From positions 128,001 to 192,000 of the IMG/VR virus record IMGVR_UViG_3300033066_000693: a stretch of 64,000 nt of DNA; one strand, written 5' to 3'. A model generated the notes under the pieces. It did not search any database, was not told the origin of the DNA, and saw nothing but the letters and a program-made list of their open reading frames with translations. Of this stretch, positions 27,279 to 37,026 are shown piece after piece. The DNA comes from a virus. Within the stretch, counting starts at the first letter, position 1. Each line of letters starts with the position of its first letter. Made by a program: the position numbers and the translations under genes.

Positions 27279-30200
27279 TCAGCTTATCGTCACGATATTG
27301 CTCTGAACAGCGACTCCCACGCTAAGGCCATCGAAGGGGACTACTTCAGCTTTCCACTGTTCGCCAGACGACGTATTAATCGCTGACACTATTCTCTGAT
27401 TCTGCAAAGCCGCAACCTCTGCAAACTCCATAGAGTTTCGAGGTGCCCGTAGCCATCGAATCGAGCTTTGGTCATTCTGAGTTGAACCTTGCTGTTGAGA
27501 ATCTACGTCTACATAAGTATACGAAAGCTGCAAAGACGACGATGACGGAGCGCTAGGATTAGGAGAGACTATGACGTTTCTAACAGTTGGAGGGTCATTC
27601 TCAACTGAGACTGCGGCGCTAGTAATCGGATTGCCAATGATGTTTTGAGAAGCAGGAAGGATGGTTACTTCCAATACATTTCCTATGGCAATAGCAATAA
27701 CATTGTTTCGTATTTCGCCAGTCAAAATCTCATTGTTAGAGAAACCGCCGACTACCGCATTCAAATCTCCTCGCTTGAACTCTCGTCCATTGACATACCA
27801 AACTATTTGAGACTTGGCCGAGCTATTCCCGTCTTGGAAATAATCAAAGTCGGCAAACGCTCTAGTAGCAGTCGTAAGCTTATCCTGAACCGATCCGTCG
27901 TTCTTCTTGCCCTTGATAGCAAGTCTCGACACAAACGGAGGAGCTTCGCTAATGGTAATAGACGGAGAGCGGACTACTTGACTGAACAACGTTCCGTCGC
28001 TAGCCCTTACAGTTACATATAGTACGTCATTGACTTTGAGAATACTTTCTTGTCTCTGTCTAGCAAACTCTTCTATGCTTGTTCCCGCTGTTACATCCGT
28101 AGGCTTGAAAGTAAAGGCATAAATCCAAATCGGATCAGTAAAGTCCTGAATGTTATTCCATGTTCTTAGATTACGCAGATACTCAATTTCAACTCCATTG
28201 ATATACCAACGAATCTCGCTCTTGGTTGTATCTTCATCCTTCTGATTGAGATCAATATAAGTATAAGTCAACCCCATAGTCTGATAGATTGTAACAAGCG
28301 ATGGATTGATTCTAAGACTATTGACTACCGGAGGACGAGCAGACAATGGCGGCGGCAAGAATACATTGGTGTTGTACATATAACCTAGGCCGTCGATGGC
28401 AACCGAGTTCTGAGAGTCCATATTTAGAACTCGAACGCCAAGCTTAAGTCTTCCAGCGTTTTCGACAGAGATAAACAGAGGCCCTATCTGTCGGCTACCA
28501 AAGACAATCACGCCTTCTTGCGGATATGCTTGATAAAGGGATGGGTCTAGTATGGTTTCCTCGCTGTCTGTTATAACTACAGCAGACGTATTATCCCATC
28601 TACCATACTTGGCTTTCCACATGTATCCGTCAATATTTTCTAAAGGCTCATTAAGAGTCTTGTCTTCAGTCTGCGAATAACGGATAGGGATGAATACCTT
28701 ACCGAACCTGTCAGAAGGAGGTTGAGCATTACTCTTGTAGTCCGACCAGTTGTAAGATCTGCTAGTTGTTGCTCCTACTTCTATCTGACTTAGAAGAGGC
28801 TGATTAGCAGAAACAGCAACAGATATTTGTTGAGGACTATAAGACAGCGTATCAGGATTCAGGTAAATGAAGCTTTCTGTTGGTAGGCTATAAGTGATGT
28901 AGATAGCCGCCAATGCCGGAACTCCCGGAGTTGGTATAAGATCATATTCGCTTGTTATCGAGGCGCTCAGCCCTGTAAGCAAAGTTACTTGGAATCGCAA
29001 ATAACGGGCGCTGACCTTGCTAAACTCAACTTGAGTATTCGACTTGAATGAATCGCTATAGTCTGAGTAGTTAACGCCGTCGTCGCTAGTAGCGAGCTTC
29101 CAGCTACCTTCGGTATTGTCAAATAACTCATACTCCAACAATATGTCATTGATGATACTTGATTTATCCAAATCAATTACGCATTGATAGAGTCCCCATC
29201 CAACCGAGCCTGCAACTCTTCCAAGAGAGTTGTTTACAACTTCGTCTACGAATGTTGCGTCTAGAACGGTCTGGCTCTGCCCTCCTGTTGCGAGCGATAT
29301 TCGGTCCAAACTATCAGTATCAGTTCTCGCTACCAAGGCAGAAAGCGTTACCGGGAAAACAACCGAGAAGTTGTTCATAATGACTGGAACCTTGCCAAAG
29401 CCGTCAATCGCCTGAACTTCTTCTATAGTGCTATCAAGAGTATTGACAGAAAGATTTTCTTCGTTGTCCGTATTTACATAGATGACTTTTGCATAGATAT
29501 CCAAAGAATCGTCAAGCATAAGAGACGCATTCTTGATGATTGCGTCATAGAGCGGTGAAGCTCCGAATGGGATCTCTCCGCTAAGCCTATTGAGATACTT
29601 AACAACCGTTTCGTATCCGTCATTGTTGACATGGACGATTATCTGCGGTATCCATTCGATATCGCTAAAATATGCTATCTCCGGGCTATCTAACTGAGGA
29701 GTTTGCGGTGGGCTAAGATCAAATACAGGATTGCTAGATTGCTTCAATCCTTGATCAATAGTTTGATTATTCTCGCTGTCTCGTCCGGGTTGCTGAGTCG
29801 TATTCTGACTTGCGGGAACCGATTGGCTTCCTTCAACGCTTCGGCATCCTTCAAAGTGTACTCCTGACCCTGTAGAGCCAGACGAGCTTCCAGAAGAGCC
29901 AGACGAGCTTCCAGAAGAAGTTGAATCAGTAGAAGTAGGAGTCACGATTGGAGTCGTATCGCTCTGATTGTCCTTGACATCCAAAACGGTTTGACCATAG
30001 AAGAAGTCGTCTATAACAGTAATGCGAACTCTGATCTTGTATGGGTTCCTTATGTCTCCCTCTTTGATCTTAAGCGTCTTGTCTGCTTCGGTTCCCTCTC
30101 CGGTCACTCTATCTTCTATTCCTAGCTTCCTCTTGATTTCAGATATCTTGCGCAGAATATCGTCAGAACGAGGCAGCATAATAGTCGAACCAACGCCATT

Positions 30201-33200
30201 TTGAATGTAGAAATCGTTAGAACTGAAGACAACAGGATAAACCAAAGCGTCTCTTAGAGCTTGGTCAGAAGCCTGCTGTTGGCTCTGGTCGCCGCCAGAC
30301 ACAGAATCAATCTGCGCATTAGGGAATAGTAATATTCCTTGAACAAGAACTCGAACAGATTGCGTTGGATGCTCTCCTACGTCATTGACAAGCTCAATAA
30401 CAACCGTAGTTGATTGCTGTCCATCCAAGCGTATTGACTGAGGATTCGCTCTTGCTTGAATCTGCAAGAATCCTTCTGGGCGTCCGCTTGTCAGTCCTCC
30501 CGCTGTATACAAGTATCTCCATTGGTCGCTAGATGTTCCAAAAGCAGTCTTAGCAACAGGAAGCTTGGTCAACACATCCAGATCATAGATTGGCGTGCCT
30601 TCTGCGATTTGTTCTACGGCATTAAGGACTTGAGACTTGCTGCTTGTACCGCCAAGGAAGTAATGATGATCAACTATAGAAGCATATCCGCCTCTGTAAC
30701 GAGGAGCCGGGATATCTCCATAGATAAAATCATCTTGCGACAAATCAAGAGAAGACAAAGATATCTTTATGGTATCTGTGACAAAATCTAGAGGCTGAGA
30801 ACCGTCATCATTACGAACGCCCGGTATCGCTCCACCCAAGATTCTAAGGGATAGCTGATTTGCGTCTGCAAACAAGAATGGAGAGATTCTGCTATAAAGC
30901 GTAAGCTCTGTTCCAGTGAACGCATCGCTGTATGTCCAAGTATGAGTATCTAGATCGAATACTAGAACCCTATCGTTCAATGCGTCAATACCGCCGCTTT
31001 CTCCAATCTTACGAATGCCGCAAACAATGTAAGCCTTGTTGTTTATACGACAGCATGCTCCAAGAGCTACCCCATATGGATTCTGATCAAACATAGGCAT
31101 AGACGGCATGGTTTCCCAAGTATCTGTAATCGTATTGTAACGCTCAACAGATTGCGTTATAGCCAATGATGTTCCGTCCGCTACTATGCCGCCAAAGACG
31201 TATATGTAGTTTGCGTCTTGAATAGACATATGATAGAATCTTGGAGTAGGCATTGCCTTCTTAGGAGTCCAAGTGTCTGTTGCAAAATCATACATCTCAT
31301 TGTATGCAAGAATGGATTTCCCATTCAATCCGCCTATAGCAAACAACTGCTCGCTGTATGCGTCGAAGGTCCAGTTGAGAGTAAGGCATCCTCTTGGATG
31401 AGCCATACCAGTCTTTTTGGTCCATGTATCAGTATATGTATCATACACATGGAGGTCGGCGCTAAAGACATTGTTGATTTGTCCTTGAGGGTCTTCAGTT
31501 TCGACATCATTATTTGGCTGAGACGGATCGTACTTAATTTCAACGCAAGCGGTCATGCTACGAAGAACATCGCCTCTCTTATCGTAGTTCGTCTCCGCCT
31601 GAACCTGCGCCTCGAAAGCTGATTCTGGACCAAATGGAGCAACAAAGAAAGAGGCATAACTCTTCTCTGGTCCATTAGGATTTAGCAATCTGTCATTAAC
31701 TTTGTTAGTATAGATTGTGTCATTCTGAAGGATTATCTTTTCAGGATTATTGCCGCCGATTGTCAAGAAAACAGGGGTTCCATTAGGTACTGCCTTGTCC
31801 TTGAAACTTACTTCTAGAACAAACTCATGGATGGCAACGCCATTGCATAGAATCTTTTCTACGCTTTCTCCGTTGCGACGGATATCTACCACAGAAATAG
31901 ACAATGGCTCTCTAAGCTCAATGGTAGTAGGAGGAACTCCGTTTCGAAGATCTCCGCCTCCGTTCAAGTATCTTGTTTGTCCATTGAATATAACAGAGGT
32001 TCGGCCTCGAACCGTTTTCAGATTGTTCTTTGCAAGAAGACCCGGAGGGATTTCAATGCAGGAACAGAGATTAGCACTTTGCGCTGGATCGTCATTCTGA
32101 TTGTTGTTTGTAGCTGTCTGCGGCTTACCTATGAACTTGTTGATACGAAGATAGAAGGTCGTGCTGCTACCGCTCTGCGCCAATGGGATTTGAGCAAAGG
32201 CTACATTCTGAGTAGCTTCTGTTATTACATACTCGTCTAGGTTTTCGTCATACGTTACTTGAAGATTGTCGCCATAAAGAATCTCAAACTCTTCTCCCGG
32301 TTCAATATCAATAAGCTGCCCATTGTCCAAGGTGAATATTGGCATGTTGGCGGCAGTAGCGCATTGTATGAAACAGTCGGCAAGCTGACCGCCAGAAATC
32401 GTAGGATCATGATAGATTTTTACTCTGGCAAGGTCATAGCCGTCTGCAACCAAAGTATTTACATACTGAGGCATCTCCATAAGAAAACGAGAACCAAACC
32501 CTCTTACGTCGCCGGGCGGGTAGATAATAGCTGGCCTTTCTTCAAAGGCATGAAGCCCGTCATAAACGACAGAGGCCTTAATAGCGTAAAGCTCTGGAAG
32601 AAGAATGACATTGCCGGGACATGGAATATAGGTTTCCCATGTAACTCCGCATGCAGGACCAAAGAAAATCTTCCTAGAGTGTCCGCTACGAGTATAAGAG
32701 AATACCCCCGGTCCTGACGGAACATTGTCAGTAGAATAGAATGGCCTATCTTTGGCGTTTCTTCCTTTTCGAAGATCCCAACGCACTATTTGCTGTCCAA
32801 CTATAGGAACCTTAATTGGTTCTTCTACATTTGGGCTATCTGGATCTATAAGGTAGATATTTGCCTGTTGTTCAGAAATATCAATGCAATTGGATTCTGG
32901 GGCCTCAATGGTCGTCTCAACTCGAAGTATGTTATCAAAGACAACGTACATCTTCTTGCGAGCAAAATATCCATTGAACAGAGTCTTGGCAAACAGCATA
33001 ATCGCTTGAGGAGAACGAGGAGCCTTAAGCGGTATATCTGCATATGAAACTTGTCTAGTCGTTCCGTCCGTAAGACGCTGCGTGCCAGTTCTTAGAGGTA
33101 TAGAAGTGGCAGGAGGCTGAACGCTTCGACTTCTTCTGCCAGAGAAGCTAGGAATAAACTCTGGCGGAGCGGAATCGCCACCGCCGCCAGACTGGGAACA

Positions 33201-36200
33201 TGGATTAGACGGGTTTTGGTCTTTATCGCATTGAGGGTCATTGGCTTCAAAGACCGCTGCATTGCAGCTAGACCCAACAGGAAGAGCGCCTCCTCTATAC
33301 GAAACAACGACTCTGCCTACGAATGGGCGAGTACGACGAATCCAGCATCCCGGGAATTCTTTGAACTTATCCGGATCAAAGAATGCCCCTCCGCTTGAGA
33401 TAAACTCCTGATCGTCTAGAGGAACTGTTTGCTTACAAAGAACCTTTACAGTATCGCCTGACGTACTATTGGCCGCTGTCGGCTCAACCGTACTTGAACC
33501 ATGACCTCTACGCCTCTTGCTCTTCTTAGTAAGTCCATTCTGAGTGGCGTCTCCAAAGTATGAGGTATTATCTCCAATATTGAGCAACTGCATAGAGAAA
33601 GGATTGAACGTCTCAATATGGAGAGGGAGCGAAGTAAACTCGAATACATTAGTATCAGGATTGTCCCTGTCTGGGATATTGTAAGAGACGGTGATATCGG
33701 CGGTGAGAGAGTTAATCGCAGAAAGCGTATCTGGGTCTGTTGTCATGCGGAATACGCCTCTAAGGAAACCATTTCCAATAGAGGTTGACGACAGAACGAA
33801 ACAGTTCTGAGCTTCTGGTGTAGAAGTCGTAGTATTAATGACTTCGCCAAATACGTCTTCTGCCAACTGCGCAGACTGAACAGACGCCTTAGCGGTAAAT
33901 GATATATTGCTAGCATCCGCTATTGGAGCGCCTAGTTCGTCTGTTATTTGCGCGAAAAGAGCAATACGCTGGTCGAACCAGCCCTGAATATCTCGCTGGA
34001 ACTTAACCGGAGCTTCCCAAGCCAAGCTTATAGCATTCTCATTTACAAGCTCGTATCTAAATGAACCAACCTCAAGAAGAGGGAATGTCGATTCGTCAGC
34101 CGTTGTTTGAGGAATAGAAGAAACATAGGCTGGTTCAGACAAGTTTCCGTAACGGTCTGCAAATAGCACCGCGTAATAACTAGTTGATTCATTTTCTATG
34201 TTGCGATCAACGAAGCTTGTATCTGAAGGGTTGCCAGAAAAGACAAGAATAGCTGAAGAATCTATGCCTTGATCATTGTTTACGATGGGATAGCTTGTGT
34301 CGGACCAGTAAACTAGGACTTGATGAACGTCAGTATCTATAGGCAAATCCCAAGTCAAATAATTCTTGTTATTGCCCGGCAAGGCCTGTACATTTGTGGG
34401 CTTTGAAACCATAGGAGTCGTAATCGCCGCATTACGTGCGTCCTTGCTGCTAAATACAGGGATAGGAATTGACAAGACTGGCGAATCTGAAGCAAGGCTG
34501 TAGTTGCCTAGAGTGTTCTGGGAATAGATTCTGAAATGATAGGTACGCCCATGTACATAGTCATAAGGCAGAACTACAGAAAAGCTTCCGGGTTCGGCGT
34601 CAGCTTGGAATACTATGTCTCCATCATTTTCATGAGACGGAGGCGTTCCAAATCCTTTGAATGTTAGCTGCGGAGAACCGCCATTAGGAGGCGTTACATA
34701 CTCAAACTTTGCGGTTCCTATGTCTTGCTTTCGAACAATCCTAATCTGTCCGCCAGCATAGTTGAAATCGTCAGCAACAACATACTTGATAGCAACAATA
34801 CGATCTCCATTGTCCAAGACTTTATCCGTCGTCAATACTGGGAAGTATGCTTCGCTAAGTATGTAGCTTGCAGAACGAATAGAGTTATGAATGCTGACTT
34901 CGCTTATCTTGCCAAAGAAAGATCCTGTCTTTCCTCCCAAGTAAATGTTCATAGGCTGCGGGCTATATGCTCCCAATAGCGTTATGCTACCAGACCCGGC
35001 CAAGTGTCCATTGATATAGAAACTAGCAGAAAGCGTTTCGGTATCTACAGTTACAGCAACGTGATTCCATTCATTTGCCGTCAGAGTTCCGCTAGAAACG
35101 GCAATAACCGCCTCGTCCATAGTGAACGTAAGCTTGCCATTAGTGTTTGTTCCAAATCTGAAACTTAGCTTGTTTTGGTTTGTAAGTTCTCTAGAAACAA
35201 TCGTCCTATTGGCATTGAAATCAAATGGATATATCCATGCCATGAACGTGTATTTGGTCGCAATGAACTTGCCGGACTCGTCATACCCAACAAGTCTCGT
35301 ATCATGTCCGTTGAAACGGATTCCGCTGATTCCAGTAGGAACATCAAAAGAGTTAAGCCATACAAGATCGTCTGTATCCGAACTTAGATTTAGGGGATTG
35401 TTGCTAAAATCGTATCCCATGAATCCAGTAGACTCATTGAGATGCCAAATGCCAATGGTGTTTGCGTCTCTTCTAACGCCCGTGCCAGCAATGATTCTGT
35501 ATGTAAATCCTCCAACTCCTCTTGGGATTACCTTTACAGCAGGAGTCGCAGAAAGCAGAGTTCCTTCGCTAAATATTCCAGCCGAGTTGAAGGTATAAGC
35601 GCCATAGTAATATGGCTGGCTCTCCAACAGATCGTCATCAAAAGCTCGCTCTATGAATCCTTCTGTAACAATCTCTCCGTCTAGAGGTCCGGTTGGGAAT
35701 GAACCCTTCTTGCGAATGATTCGAACGCCTGCATATCCGCTTTCTTGGTCGGCAAAGAAATCGCTTGCCACTTCGCTTGTATCATTAGTATTTACTTGGT
35801 CGGTTTCAACCACAGCGAAGAAGTTAATCTTGATAGGAGTTGAACCCAAGCTCAAAAGATTATAACGAACAGTGCCGGGATAAGTCGCCTGCAAACGGTC
35901 AATCATGCGGCGAGTAACTTCGTGGCGAAGTCCTCCGCTATCATTCCATGTCATAGAACCGCTTTGGTCCATAACAACTGAAACTAGCCTGTCAGGAAGA
36001 CTCAACTCGACTTTCTCGGTATCTGCTTCATTAGGAACAGCCTTGGTATTGATAAAGACTGGCTCTATGCTTTCAGTTGAAAAGATCTTTGTGGTCTTAG
36101 TAACTAGAGCAGAAGCAGGGACTACAATCTTACAAGCAGTCTCGTCTATGGCGTCTCTGAACGAATACAAACGGAGAGCATACCTATTGACACAATCCAG

Positions 36201-37019
36201 TTCCCAAATTTGAGAGTTGCTATTGTAGACCAAAGAACAGCTAGAGAAGTATGGGTCCAAAAGCTCATTTGTAGAGTCTGCATAGTCCCACATAAAGTAA
36301 AGGCTATCGCTACCGCCAGAGGACAGCAAGGCTGTAGCGTAATGGGCTGTAAAGTTGATTGAGGAATGGCCCGGGAGAGGGCCAAGAACGAAGTTATACC
36401 AGTTGTCATCAACGATTTCTTCAATCGAAGTCTTGTAGCCATAAATAGGCAAAGGAGCGTCTGGCGTAAAGTTGTCGTCTACTTCATACATCTTGAAATG
36501 CAAAGTAAGGAAACGACTTTGATATTCTACAGTTGTTGGTGAAAATTCCTGAGTAGTTATGTGTAAAGAGTCTATGCAGCAGTTCTTTGTCTTTGGAATA
36601 ATAGAAAGACTAAACTGGCGACCGTCTACAGCAACAAAGGTTGTTGAAATCCAGATCCACTGATTCGAAGGAACCGAAGCGATTACGTCATTAACCGATA
36701 TCCCATTGATCAATAAAGCAAATGAGAAAGTATCCTCAGCCTTGACTCTTAGAAAGAGCGTATACTTTCCGGCTGTTTCGCAAACAATTGGATAAGTAAG
36801 CGTAGGCCAACTATTGCCAGAAGAAGAGCCAATAGACATATAGCCATTGCCATAATAGCCGCTACCAGTTATCTCAAAAACAGCAGACGGATTTCCCTGT
36901 TCCAACTCTGAAAAGTTGGATGCGTCAAAAGAAACAGAACCGCCATCGCTCACGGTAAAAAATGGCGAACTCGTCTGGCCTACAACTCTAAGGAAAACTG
37001 AAGCTTTTGTAAGTATCAT
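27279..37019 (-). CDS. giant (3246 aa) multidomain virion/adhesin-like protein: vWA-like MIDAS segment, FN3, LamG/ConA-like lectin domain, Kelch beta-propeller, Gly/Ser-rich linker, C-terminal Ig-like tandem repeats
   Basis: ATG at 37017-37019. The MIDAS motif DQSGSM is at about aa 351. The LamG-like segment WIYPFDFNANRT...EWNHVAVTVD...FYINGHLAG spans roughly aa 520-700. Kelch motifs (YVFGG...VERYN..TDTWE) map to about 30.6-31.46 kb. The linker STDSTSSGSSSGSSGSSSGSTGSG lies at about 29.88 kb. Three C-terminal repeats of roughly 115 aa carry the core IRWYINGVEI. Confidence 0.8.
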   Translation of the reverse strand: MILTKASVFLRVVGQTSSPFFTVSDGGSVSFDASNFSELEQGNPSAVFEITGSGYYGNGYMSIGSSSGNSWPTLTYPIVCETAGKYTLFLRVKAEDTFSFALLINGISVNDVIASVPSNQWIWISTTFVAVDGRQFSLSIIPKTKNCCIDSLHITTQEFSPTTVEYQSRFLTLHFKMYEVDDNFTPDAPLPIYGYKTSIEEIVDDNWYNFVLGPLPGHSSINFTAHYATALLSSGGSDSLYFMWDYADSTNELLDPYFSSCSLVYNSNSQIWELDCVNRYALRLYSFRDAIDETACKIVVPASALVTKTTKIFSTESIEPVFINTKAVPNEADTEKVELSLPDRLVSVVMDQSGSMTWNDSGGLRHEVTRRMIDRLQATYPGTVRYNLLSLGSTPIKINFFAVVETDQVNTNDTSEVASDFFADQESGYAGVRIIRKKGSFPTGPLDGEIVTEGFIERAFDDDLLESQPYYYGAYTFNSAGIFSEGTLLSATPAVKVIPRGVGGFTYRIIAGTGVRRDANTIGIWHLNESTGFMGYDFSNNPLNLSSDTDDLVWLNSFDVPTGISGIRFNGHDTRLVGYDESGKFIATKYTFMAWIYPFDFNANRTIVSRELTNQNKLSFRFGTNTNGKLTFTMDEAVIAVSSGTLTANEWNHVAVTVDTETLSASFYINGHLAGSGSITLLGAYSPQPMNIYLGGKTGSFFGKISEVSIHNSIRSASYILSEAYFPVLTTDKVLDNGDRIVAIKYVVADDFNYAGGQIRIVRKQDIGTAKFEYVTPPNGGSPQLTFKGFGTPPSHENDGDIVFQADAEPGSFSVVLPYDYVHGRTYHFRIYSQNTLGNYSLASDSPVLSIPIPVFSSKDARNAAITTPMVSKPTNVQALPGNNKNYLTWDLPIDTDVHQVLVYWSDTSYPIVNNDQGIDSSAILVFSGNPSDTSFVDRNIENESTSYYAVLFADRYGNLSEPAYVSSIPQTTADESTFPLLEVGSFRYELVNENAISLAWEAPVKFQRDIQGWFDQRIALFAQITDELGAPIADASNISFTAKASVQSAQLAEDVFGEVINTTTSTPEAQNCFVLSSTSIGNGFLRGVFRMTTDPDTLSAINSLTADITVSYNIPDRDNPDTNVFEFTSLPLHIETFNPFSMQLLNIGDNTSYFGDATQNGLTKKSKRRRGHGSSTVEPTAANSTSGDTVKVLCKQTVPLDDQEFISSGGAFFDPDKFKEFPGCWIRRTRPFVGRVVVSYRGGALPVGSSCNAAVFEANDPQCDKDQNPSNPCSQSGGGGDSAPPEFIPSFSGRRSRSVQPPATSIPLRTGTQRLTDGTTRQVSYADIPLKAPRSPQAIMLFAKTLFNGYFARKKMYVVFDNILRVETTIEAPESNCIDISEQQANIYLIDPDSPNVEEPIKVPIVGQQIVRWDLRKGRNAKDRPFYSTDNVPSGPGVFSYTRSGHSRKIFFGPACGVTWETYIPCPGNVILLPELYAIKASVVYDGLHAFEERPAIIYPPGDVRGFGSRFLMEMPQYVNTLVADGYDLARVKIYHDPTISGGQLADCFIQCATAANMPIFTLDNGQLIDIEPGEEFEILYGDNLQVTYDENLDEYVITEATQNVAFAQIPLAQSGSSTTFYLRINKFIGKPQTATNNNQNDDPAQSANLCSCIEIPPGLLAKNNLKTVRGRTSVIFNGQTRYLNGGGDLRNGVPPTTIELREPLSISVVDIRRNGESVEKILCNGVAIHEFVLEVSFKDKAVPNGTPVFLTIGGNNPEKIILQNDTIYTNKVNDRLLNPNGPEKSYASFFVAPFGPESAFEAQVQAETNYDKRGDVLRSMTACVEIKYDPSQPNNDVETEDPQGQINNVFSADLHVYDTYTDTWTKKTGMAHPRGCLTLNWTFDAYSEQLFAIGGLNGKSILAYNEMYDFATDTWTPKKAMPTPRFYHMSIQDANYIYVFGGIVADGTSLAITQSVERYNTITDTWETMPSMPMFDQNPYGVALGACCRINNKAYIVCGIRKIGESGGIDALNDRVLVFDLDTHTWTYSDAFTGTELTLYSRISPFLFADANQLSLRILGGAIPGVRNDDGSQPLDFVTDTIKISLSSLDLSQDDFIYGDIPAPRYRGGYASIVDHHYFLGGTSSKSQVLNAVEQIAEGTPIYDLDVLTKLPVAKTAFGTSSDQWRYLYTAGGLTSGRPEGFLQIQARANPQSIRLDGQQSTTVVIELVNDVGEHPTQSVRVLVQGILLFPNAQIDSVSGGDQSQQQASDQALRDALVYPVVFSSNDFYIQNGVGSTIMLPRSDDILRKISEIKRKLGIEDRVTGEGTEADKTLKIKEGDIRNPYKIRVRITVIDDFFYGQTVLDVKDNQSDTTPIVTPTSTDSTSSGSSSGSSGSSSGSTGSGVHFEGCRSVEGSQSVPASQNTTQQPGRDSENNQTIDQGLKQSSNPVFDLSPPQTPQLDSPEIAYFSDIEWIPQIIVHVNNDGYETVVKYLNRLSGEIPFGASPLYDAIIKNASLMLDDSLDIYAKVIYVNTDNEENLSVNTLDSTIEEVQAIDGFGKVPVIMNNFSVVFPVTLSALVARTDTDSLDRISLATGGQSQTVLDATFVDEVVNNSLGRVAGSVGWGLYQCVIDLDKSSIINDILLEYELFDNTEGSWKLATSDDGVNYSDYSDSFKSNTQVEFSKVSARYLRFQVTLLTGLSASITSEYDLIPTPGVPALAAIYITYSLPTESFIYLNPDTLSYSPQQISVAVSANQPLLSQIEVGATTSRSYNWSDYKSNAQPPSDRFGKVFIPIRYSQTEDKTLNEPLENIDGYMWKAKYGRWDNTSAVVITDSEETILDPSLYQAYPQEGVIVFGSRQIGPLFISVENAGRLKLGVRVLNMDSQNSVAIDGLGYMYNTNVFLPPPLSARPPVVNSLRINPSLVTIYQTMGLTYTYIDLNQKDEDTTKSEIRWYINGVEIEYLRNLRTWNNIQDFTDPIWIYAFTFKPTDVTAGTSIEEFARQRQESILKVNDVLYVTVRASDGTLFSQVVRSPSITISEAPPFVSRLAIKGKKNDGSVQDKLTTATRAFADFDYFQDGNSSAKSQIVWYVNGREFKRGDLNAVVGGFSNNEILTGEIRNNVIAIAIGNVLEVTILPASQNIIGNPITSAAVSVENDPPTVRNVIVSPNPSAPSSSSLQLSYTYVDVDSQQQGSTQNDQSSIRWLRAPRNSMEFAEVAALQNQRIVSAINTSSGEQWKAEVVPFDGLSVGVAVQSNIVTIS

Positions 37020-37026
37020 ATTCGAT

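Noticed and set aside
29876-29919. 22-nt perfect direct repeat (agccagacgagcttccagaaga x2) as a possible CRISPR-like or regulatory repeat.
   Set aside because: It lies inside the 3246-aa ORF and encodes the Ser/Gly linker SSGSSGSS. It is a coding low-complexity duplication.
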